A DNA stretch of 64,000 nucleotides from Chlorokybus atmophyticus (lineage: Eukaryota > Plantae > Mesostigma and Chlorokybus algae): contig RHPI01003642.1 in assembly GCA_009103225.1 (NCBI GenBank), positions 393,116-457,115 on the forward strand, written 5' to 3'. Position numbers and translations under genes: made by a program. Of the stretch, positions 13,102 through 23,154 are shown in pieces. The notes under the pieces were generated by a model. It was given only the letters and a program-made list of their open reading frames with translations. It was not told the DNA's origin and searched no databases. The stretch's first letter is position 1, and each line of letters begins with the position of its first letter.

Positions 13102-13410
13102 TTAAAACACAACATAAACGGCAAGATCACAAGAGTAAGTGACTACACAATATGATTCCTCGATATTACTTCTCGTGCAACACTCTTTTTAGCTGCCTAT
13201 TACGCCGTTGCATGTCGGCGTGAACGATGTCCATCGCTTCACGCCCAACATCTTCCTTCCAGCTGGCTCCGTTTCCAAACAATGCGTCCCTTCAAGCTTC
13301 GTGTTCAGGCCCATGGTTACGCTCACTATAATTTCCATCAAATTTTTCGCTCTTATCATATGAGCGTCAATTCCTAGCGGCAGCTCGTTGAGGTGCTATG
13401 TAGGTGGCCG
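13102..13410. repeat. Diverged dispersed repeat, copy B (partner at 11671-11950)
   Basis: Same collinear blocks as copy A, same orientation, about 1.4 kb downstream. Confidence 0.8.
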
Positions 13411-13498
13411 ATGAGTGCGCTACAGGTCCAGCATCATTAGCAACCCGAAGCATATACTATGGCATGCGTGTGTGTGGCATGGCATGCCATGCATTATT

Positions 13499-13585
13499 TA
13501 CATGTTTTTTACGAAAACAAATAGTCAACACATGGCATGTGAGTGGGCACATGCGTGTTGACTATTTGTTTAAAGAAAACATGTA
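13499..13585. repeat. Long imperfect fold-back hairpin
   Basis: tacatgtttt..aaacaaatagtcaacac(atg)gcatgtg-agtggg-cacatgc-gtgttgactatttgttt..aaaacatgta, with a 17-bp perfect core stem. Confidence 0.85.
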
Positions 13586-15369
13586 TATATGTAACATGAT
13601 GGCCACACTCATGGGTGTTTGTTATACTTGATGCAAATGCCAAAATGGTGGGCACCAATGCTGCCGGTCGGCGATTATATGCTACGTGTGCGTACGTGCG
13701 TGCGCGCATCATGCGCGCACGCGCGTAGTAATTCATTATATACACATATGCACACGTGCGGGGTGTGTGTGGCACGATGTGGCTGCTCCACCTCAAACAC
13801 AGTCGTGCGCACACCCACATCATATGCACATCCCACGCACAACGCACATCACACACATCACGCTCGTGACGCCAACCACGCTGCAGTGCATAAGGTACAC
13901 ATGGAAGAATACTTTACACATCTATACAATTGGTGGACACCAACGCCGTTGGCGACCACGTGCTGCATGTGCGTGCATATGGCAAGCTTGGAGGGGCCAA
14001 ACATACTGCACACCTATCAACATCCTGCAATCCACTATAGCACAATAGACTCTGCTGACTTAGTAGCTAGCACTCAATTAGCATAGCCGATGTGACAATG
14101 TGCTGACATTAAGACATGCTATGCTATGGGGGCTACTTTCATGTGCATGCAGAGTAGGAAAGCGGGCAGCACGCAGGCAGGCAGGTCGGCAGGCAAGCAT
14201 CATTGGCCAACTACTTGCAGTGGCCACAAACAGAGGCAAAGAAGAAGGTTGGGCCAAGTGGACGAGGATGACAATGACGCTATTCAGGACAACGCCGACG
14301 GTGACAACGATGCCTAGGCCAGCCCCCGGTCGCTAAAGGTTTATCATCGCGATTTATCCCCATGTGAGGACAAGTCACAACGGCCGCAAGCCATAATCAT
14401 AGCCGTTAGCAACACAATGGCATCAACGTGCGTCCATGCCCCCCCCACATATGATAACGCAAACCGGGCATAATATGCTTCCCACCGGTATTAGCAATGA
14501 CCAGCTGACCCCTACCTTAAGGTGCTTGTGGTGTAGCTAAAGCAATAAGATGGCTCATTTGTCTTTACCAACACTCAAACACAAAGACTAGCCGTCCGCA
14601 TGCAGCTCTCAAGAGTCAAACACTATCACATCAACCAGTACTGTCACGACACATACGCGGTGTCCATGCCTACACGTGCCTTCAAGTGTGACCGTTGTGT
14701 TCTATAATTGCGCATGAGATAAACATTGAGATCGTATCTAATGCATATGCGCGCAAGGCAAGCATACAGCTTATTGGTTCATAGCAGCACAACTAAAACG
14801 TCCATTGCATCCACATGCATTGAACTCCCCAAGTAGCCCACACACAACCTACCAAAGACATACTTTGCACCATCTTTTCATAAGTGCCTACATGAAACGA
14901 TTTCATGTTGGTGCAACTCAGCAGCAAACGAGGCTCTACTAGACCCTGTAGTAGCCAAGTTCCAGCACACAACCTCCGCCAGTCAATCACACAACCTATG
15001 GCTACATATTTCTTTGCGGTTTTTTGGGGATTTTCTGTTTCCATCTCGGCTTTGCTGCTTGGTCTTGGTGGTTGCTTTGCTTTTCTTTCTCATTTCTACT
15101 TATACATTCTGCTCAAGCGAGCATCTGTATATGCCATTAGCAACTGCCTGACCAGAGATACCACACACAAACACAATGATGAAGCCAGCAGTGTATGCAG
15201 CTCATACACTGCTCAGCATTAATTATGTAATGTACAGGCGCCTGCATGCAGTAAGCCACAATCCCCTCCCTCCCAACTCAAACAACAAACCCGCGCAATC
15301 TACTGTGCTTATATGCAACAGTGCTTGCATTGTGGAATGGCGTAGACACCCCGAAATTTGCCGCCATCA

Positions 15370-17705
15370 TCAAGAGGACGCCAGCACACGTTTGATCTCG
15401 TCCTTTTGCCTGTCTGTCAACCGCTGGGGGAAACGTACGTTGAACTTGATGCGCAGGTTGCCCTTCTCGCCCGGTCTGTTCTTGATTGGCATGCCTTCGC
15501 CTCGGACCACCTTCTCGTAGCCGGGGCTGATGATGTCCGTAACCTGAACCTTCAGCTGTCGGTTGTCCAGGGTTGTAACTGGCACAGTCACGCCCGTCAA
15601 CGCACTCGCCAGAGGCGCAGTTACTGTGTAGATCAGATCATTCCCATCTCGCTGGAAGGTCTCATGAGGCTTTTCGTCTATCTCAAACACAATGTCCGCA
15701 GGTGTCGTGCCCGGTATCTCATCGCCCTTTTCGGGAAAAGTAATCTTCGTGCCCTTCTTCCAGCCGGGCTTCACCTCTATAGTCAACACCTCCTGGACAG
15801 TCATTGTGCGCCTGCACACAGCAAAGCCGTTTAGACAGCAGGCACTTAAAAGCGTCCAACTGGCCCATCCCAACCACCAAGCCCACACCAACTCGCTTTG
15901 GACCAGTCCCATGAAACAGACACTGTACAGTGTGGGACGCATCGACTTACGGGCGCTTTCGTGGTCTACTGTCACTGGACTTGTCTGCTTTACGCTTCCT
16001 GGCATAGATTGATGTCAGGGATACTGTGCCAGCTCTTGGACAGCTATGCCAGCGCGCGCACTAATCTAAGCTACGTCTGAAAACTCGTGACCCCAATGCG
16101 CAACTGCCATGTTCTGGCCCAGCACAGCGTACCATTCCTAACCGTTCTGCCTCCACCCCCCACCCCCACCCCCACGCCCCCTAGTAGACCCACAATTCGC
16201 TTGAGCTGAACCCATGTCAGGAGTGCACTTCCTACACTCCTGAATTGATTGATTATGTTACACGGCGCACCTTACAGCTGATTGCTTTACCAAAGCACTG
16301 GCTAACGCTGCAACGCAGGCTAGGTAACTAAGTGTTCATGCAGAAAAGACATTTTGCAACGAACGTTGTGAATTTGTTGGAGTGCCGCTCAGCTTATGAA
16401 GGTGACGGACAACGCTGTGCAATATGCTACCCTCAAAGGCACGGCACACACATTTGACTTACCCACTGGGATCTGCAATGGTTCTGGACAGCTTCATGTT
16501 GCGCGTTGAGCCGGTGTACAGCTCATTGAGCGTACACATGAGCTTCTGAACCACTGGGGGCTGCTTCTTCGGCCCTGCTGGCGCGCGCGACATCCCGGCA
16601 AAGTCATGCATGCCGCCCATCCTGCTCCCAAACATGCCGCCCATCCCTCCACCATCGCCAAACATCCCGCCCATCCTGCCAGAGATAAGACAGATGAGCT
16701 CACAGGTCCAAGCAGCAGGTGGCTATGGCATCAAGCATCGTGCAGTCCGCCAGATGCAGAGTCATCACCACTCACCCTCCAAAGTCCCCAAATGGACTGC
16801 CGCCACCGAAGAACTCCCTGAAGATATCCTCAGGATTGCGCGCGCTGAAGCGAACACCGCTGCTCCTGAAGCTGGGACCAGCGCCAGGCATCCCTCCCAT
16901 ATCAGGGCTAGGCCCAGCGCCAGGCATCCCTCCCTTGAGCCCCTCCTCCCCATATTGGTCGTAGATCTCTCGCTTTTGGGGATCACTTAGCACCTGTTGC
17001 AGTGGAAGACAACCGCCCCATGAGTAACCTTTACCATGTGCACATGCCACGAGTAAGTGGTCATAGTACATGCCTGCTGACATGCAGTGATACGCCATGC
17101 ACACAGTCAAAACTACGACCTTCACATGACAGGACCAGCAGCAACCAGCCCAACCACCAGGATGGTATGCATGCATGCACGTGCATGGTGACATGCAGAA
17201 GTTTTTTAGGCCACAACGCATGCGCTACATATCCATGCATGCCGTCAAGTTTGCCGACGGTGCTCACTTTGGCATGCTGGTGCTTTCCAGAAGATGCACA
17301 AGCGCATTGCAAAAGCAACGTGTGCTGACACAGCATCAAGGCCGACATATAAAAAAAAAAAAACAGATGTTAAACAATCCCATTGAGCTGCACTACTAGC
17401 GAATGAGCCCTGGCCAGTTGGCTAACACGAAGCTGACCTACTGACATTGCACAATCTTGAGTTTTCCCACAGCAGCAGCTCACCGCAACGGATCACAGTG
17501 TGACAGGTTGTGGTGCATAGCAGGTACTATCACAGCATACCTCGTAAGCTTCTGAGATCTCCTTAAACTTGGCCTCAGCAGCAGCCTTGTTGTTGGGGTT
17601 CTTATCCGGGTGCCATTTCATTGCAAGCTTTCTGTACGCCTTCTTCAGATCGTCATCGCTTGCTTTCCGATCTACGCCCAAGATCTTGTAGTAGTCCTGA
17701 CCCAT
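15370..17705 (-). CDS. Class B (type II) DnaJ/Hsp40 co-chaperone
   Basis: [55 protein letters not shown]|[22 protein letters not shown] (J domain with HPD), G/F/M-rich region, no zinc finger, C-terminal [43 protein letters not shown]. Stop TGA at 15370. Confidence 0.95.
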
Positions 17706-18108
17706 GCTGATACCCTGATCTCCCCTCACCCCTCTAATCTAATGCTTAAGCAGCAAGCACACCTATGCACCTGATCTCACTACTATCAAGCTGCACAACG
17801 CTCCACAAGCTGCTTGCTCACTAAGATGGCCCAACACCGCTCAAGCAGCGCAGCTCCAATCTGCTGCCAAGAACTCGCCTGCCTCGACACCCAACTCGCA
17901 GCCGCCGTCAACGCCCTCGCCGCCGACACTCAACACGTCACACTCTTCGTGGGGATTGCATGGCAGAAGCCAATACTCGTGACCTCGCTTCGCCTGCAGT
18001 AGCCAGAGGTTTGCTCGGGAGGCCGCTGTAGGTTCTTCGAGTGGTGAACACTTGGAAGCCGACTTGCGGCGGAAGCGAGATCTCGTCCCTATGTCCAGCT
18101 CCGCCAGC

Positions 18109-18123
18109 CTTCCAGAATGTTCC
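18109..18123. promoter_or_regulatory. Heat-shock element upstream of the DnaJ gene
   Basis: cTTCc-aGAAt-gTTCc: three perfect alternating nGAAn pentamers about 400 bp upstream of the DnaJ ATG (17705). Confidence 0.75.
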
Positions 18124-19611
18124 GACGTTTCAGTGTCGCTGACCTCAACCACCCCAATGTAAGGATATTCATGATTTGTGATGCACTTGCAAGGCTTCAC
18201 TCTTTTGCATGCACTGTGCATGCCAACTTGCTCCAATTCATTGCCAAGTCTGCATGCTAGACCTAAAAATATCGCAAAGTATACATATATATATATTTGC
18301 AAGCAGATGCGACAGTATGTATGTAAATAAATCATACGATAAACCATATGATAAAGCAAGTCGTAACAATGTCTATCATCAATTTGTCACTACATGCAGC
18401 TGTAAAGACATAATGTAAAAACGTGTACTATGCTTTAATTCTATTAATCACCAAAATTTGCATAATACTTGGTAACTTACCTAGATCAGAACAATATCAA
18501 TACATCAACATTAATACAAATCATTATTATGGTATTCATGAATGTACTTATTGAAACTAACCTGAATTCATGGGACAAAACTAACCGACAGCTCAATAAT
18601 ATCAAAATAAATGACATATGCATGGATTAAGTAATGCATTTTATTAGCGCTTACATTACATATGTTTATATCTTAATTGATCAATAGTTAATAATTGTGC
18701 ATACATGTAATGCAAGTATTCGCATAGGGGGCCACATACATTTGCGTTAAGTCAACGAGTACCAGAATGTGCACACATTGTAACTACGAGCGCGTTGAAC
18801 ATGATTCAATTTTACTTTATTATAACAATTTCACTTTATTATAACAAACAAACAAACGTTATTGGTACATGTTAGATATCTTACTTCTTAACGCGTACAT
18901 ATGATATGCAACACGTGTTGTGTACATACAGCCAATAATTCAATGCGTCTTAACAAACCACACACCTTACAACATTGCTCGGCCTCATCATTAGTAAGCC
19001 AGGGTAACATGACCAAGCTTACAATACTTCCGCGTATGCATTAACAGACACGTGTGTCAGTGCACATTACGCAGACGTAAACACAATTATTGATCAAGAT
19101 GATTCTCACTGATATAGCGATATTCAAGAATGACGAGACCTTCATTGATATGCTTGCAATAAGTTGGTGTTTCATGTACTTTGGACAACCACTTGAGCTG
19201 AAGTCGTATTCAGTTGATTTAAATAACCACTTGGAACAACTCGACGTCGAGTGAAGTAAGTTACTTCCAATGTAGCACTTGTTTCATAGTTACACTAGTG
19301 TGCTGTTGCTCATAAGTTGCTGACGATGTGATTGGCTATGGATGTGCTGCTACAGCGCTTGACTATGTGCCTGACTGGCTAAAGCCATTGCTAGCTGCCA
19401 TGCATCTTCTGACGTGGACACTAGTGGTAAGTACCAAGGAGTGTATCTGGACGCTGCATGCCCAACTAGACAGCCACAGCAGTGGCAAGTTGATACTTTG
19501 AGAGTGCACGAGTAGTTGGTATATTTAACTCTGGTCATGCACCTACCAATTGAGCTGTTGCAAAATCTGTACTGTACAATAACTGACTCAGGGACAGTTA
19601 AACACGTGCTT

Positions 19612-21401
19612 TCAATGGGCACGCTGCCTTTTATGGCTTCTGAGACCATCGCAGAATTGTTCAATGTCCGCTTTGGTGACCACAGTTCCGCTTGCAGCAA
19701 AAGGAGCCTGCAAAGTCAACGAACACCATTGTCAAGGCAAACCACATGCGTGCACCAAAGCCTTACGTACACGTAACCAAGTAAAACAACCAACTCACCA
19801 GAAATGCTTTGACGCTGTCGGACAGCTCATGGTAAGCATGCAAAAGCTCCACTTTCTGCGTGCGGTCAAATGCGGCGTCAAATGCCTGCAGCCCACGTGC
19901 TTCGGCGCTCAGCTCGTCCACCGCCGCCTTGCTCTTCTTCTCGTACTCAGCCCACGTATCTTGTGGGTCGAGAAGAAAGTCCAACTTGCGGTCAGCATAC
20001 ATCTTCGCGCACGCGTCGCACCTGCAAAGCTTCTCGCGCCAGCCCTCTTGGAACATTATGGTCCTGGCAAACAACCACATGTCAGTTCGGACCACATAGT
20101 CGGGGCAAGCAAAACTTAAGGACACAACAGCATAGGGGAAGAGAGACACCAAAGATAGCCGCAGAAGAGTGGCTCTTACAAACACAGCATACCGGCATGA
20201 CATGTCAGCTGCTGTGCTTTGTTGCAGACTGCAAGAGACCGCTTGGTCTGCAGTGGTTGCAGTGAGAGAAACACTTGAAGGAGCCTTCTGTTCAAAGGTG
20301 GTGCAGTCATCAGCCTTGCATGGACTGTCAGCTACTAGCCCTGCTGCGGCTTCATCTTTGGGCAGCACAGCAAACTTCAAGTAGTGCAGCAGGAATTGAC
20401 AGCGAGTCTCGACACAACCCTTGCACACCAACTCCTCGTAGGCGGGCATATCTTCGTCCTCGGGGAACCCCAGATGCCTGGCATGGAACCAGTCTTCGCA
20501 CACGCAGCACTGAAGCATGTCCTCCTCCTCTTCTTCCTGTCAACCACAACAGCATGTCAACTTAGTAATGAATGAATGCATAGCTGCCAGAGAGCAGGCA
20601 CGCCCGCACGCGCATCCATCAACGTGCACACATACACAGCTATAACTGTACCAAGTCAGGGTCAGGGTAGGGGCGGTTGCAGGTGCAGTACAGGCCGTTG
20701 AAGTTGTGGTTGTACTGGTTGTCGCTGTTGACGGCGTCTCTGGCGTCATTCATGAGGCTACACTTGAATCTTCCAAACTTGCTGTTGCCACAGTCGCAGC
20801 GAAACCGTCGCTTCGTCCAGAGCTCCAGCACGTCATGCCCAGCATGGCAGCTGCTCGCGCACGCAAGACACACGCCCGCCCCGCCTTCTGGTGTGCATGT
20901 CCGGCACACAAACACCGCCTGCAGATGTGTCATGTGGGTTGCTTATTTCGGGTACACAACACGTGCAGCTGCACAGCACTGTGCCGTCGATATGGGACTG
21001 AGTATGAGAGGTCATGCTAAGGTTGTTGCATACAGGGGTTGGAGACTCAGTGCCGCTTAGTCTGTCTCATATAGACGATTGCGCTGTCAATGACAGCATG
21101 TTCCCAGCAGCATCAATTCACTCGTTAGCAGATGCTGCTCGCAAGTGTGCTTTGACTGTTTGGAATTGAATGAGAGAGGCCTTGCCAAGCTGGCCAGAGC
21201 GATACTGGCAGTAATGTCCTCTGGGCCAGGGTCTTGCGTTACCTGACGAGTAAGGTAGCCTCTGGGGTAGGTGCACTCCTTGCCGTCGTCACCGCCAAGC
21301 ACAGCGTTGGCCTGCTCCTCGGCCTCCCGCGCCTGCTCCAGGTACTCCGCCGCTGTCAGGACATCGCCCTCGCCCACCGGCTCCTCGCCGTCTCCAGCCA
21401 T
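19612..21401 (-). CDS. UBR7: UBR7-like E3 ligase (UBR-box zinc finger plus PHD)
   Basis: Exons give ECTYPRGYLTRQ|AVFVCRTCTPEGGAGVCLACASSCHAGHDVLELWTKRRFRCDCGNSKF..YNHNFNGLYCTCNRPYPDPD, MLQCCVCEDWFH, WREKLCRCDAC..FLLDPQDT, and last exon APFAASGTVVTKADIEQFCDGLRSHKRQRAH*TGA (19612). Confidence 0.9.
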
Positions 21402-22040
21402 AACAGATGCCAGGAAGCTGTAACGTATACAAGAGGTCTCGCTGCGGACCAGCAGAACGACCTCCTCGCCTCGTCCGCTACCGCTGCCGCCGCCGCCGCC
21501 GCCGTCGCCACCCGCCAGCCCACACACACCCACTGTTTCCCGCGGATTTCAATTTGGAGGGAATGCAATGGGTAGGAAGTTTTGGCGGGTTCCACGTCAG
21601 CAACATGCAGCACTTGATGTCATTCTCAGAGAACACAGAGCAGGACTTGATGGAGGGAGTCAGAGTCATGGGCAATTAGCATGAGCACACAATGCAACAT
21701 TGACTCTGTTTGTGCCTTGACAAGAAGTATCAGAGAACGGTCAGTTGCTAATGTGCAAACTCGCAAATAAACCTTTATAAATGTTATTGCAGCAAATGTT
21801 ATGCTACAATCTTATTAACAAAGTCTACAAAGTCTTTATGAATGTCGATGTTAATTAGTGTGGACCCTTTGCATTGCGTGCGTATGCACTGAAATTATGG
21901 GTTTGCATAGTATCATTAGTACAAGATTTGGTATCTCATTAATGCCTTTCACAAAAATATTGCTTCATCACGATACATGCGCACGCATGCACACACATAG
22001 TGTATCATAAGTTGATGCGTAGTGTTGACGGATGTACCAA

Positions 22041-22235
22041 CGTATATTTACCCATATAAAACATCCCCTTTTACATAAGCCCCTACCCACTTATTTTGGG
22101 GGGGGCTTGTAATAGCGTCTATCGTTGCCCGCAAAATGCCTTTACTATACACAAGCCCCCCACCCTTTTTTGCCGAGGGGGCTTGTAGTAGGGGGGGGGG
22201 GGGGGGGGGGGNGGTGTCCATATGGGTAAACACAA
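22041..22235. mobile_element. About 190-bp decayed MITE related to the 12096-12433 element
   Basis: Left tatttacccatat..acatcccc; right end reverse-complements to tgtttacccatat..acacc(n)cccc. Internal aagcccc..gggggcttgtaatag hairpins resemble the ggggtaattgtaatag motif of the first MITE. The right terminus differs from CCGTATTT by transitions. Confidence 0.6.
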
Positions 22236-22844
22236 CACACATATGCAATCATGTAGGAGCAGAAAATTTACATTGTGCTGTAGCATAAGTGCGGTTATCA
22301 AATAGATGTGACGTGCAACATTTAAAAGTTAACATTTTTTAAATGGAATGTCATTACGTTAATTTGCCTTTCAAACAAGCAACCGATTACAGAAGCACAC
22401 AGCGATTTAGGCATGTAGCACTTGAACATCAATGTCATGAATATGATGAACATTGAGGTCAATGGCGCCGTCATATATTTATGATAAAGCTCACCCAAAT
22501 GACATCGAGCGCTCACGGAGCAACATCAACAACACCCGAATGAGTAGTTGGGTGTGCAATTATATTTGACCTGATGTTACCCGGCCATATATTGTACAAA
22601 ATGTGCTTGGCGTAACATAGTGTAACTTGTTATGCAAAGTTTCTCCAATATCAGAGTTGTGTCTTCATGCTCAATTATACTAGTTGTACCTTGAATGCAG
22701 ACACAAGTGCCCATACACAGAACATGCCACACCACAATACACACCCAGCATGTGCATGCACGGACACGCAATGTTTGTTGGCAAACTTGAAGTGCCACCA
22801 CCATTTGCAAAGCGCCCGCGCGCGCGCGCGCGGGGGGGATTGGG

Positions 22845-22971
22845 NNNNNNNNNNNNNNNNNNNNNNNNNNNNNNNNNNNNNNNNNNNNNNNNNNNNNNNN
22901 NNNNNNNNNNNNNNNNNNNNNNNNNNNNNNNNNNNNNNNNNNNNNNNNNNNNNNNNNNNNNNNNNNNNNNN
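22845..22971. other. Assembly gap (N run) next to a (CG)n/poly-G tract
   Basis: Run of n characters. Confidence 0.99.
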
Positions 22972-23154
22972 GGGGCACGAGCAACATGCATCAAGATCAG
23001 GTCATGTGTTACATGGGATCATATGTTACAAGCAGACAACCCCAACACGCAGGCAGCAGCTGCGCAACAATGACAAACGCCAATGTCACAGCACGTCGCA
23101 GTCTACCATACACCCACCAGTCCCATTGCACCTGCCACCCCAGAAAGTACAACG

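Noticed and set aside
14385-14470. Faint similarity to the reverse complement of 47020-47060 (caagccat..atagcc, accgggca)
   Set aside because: Matches are too short and differently spaced to support a shared element.
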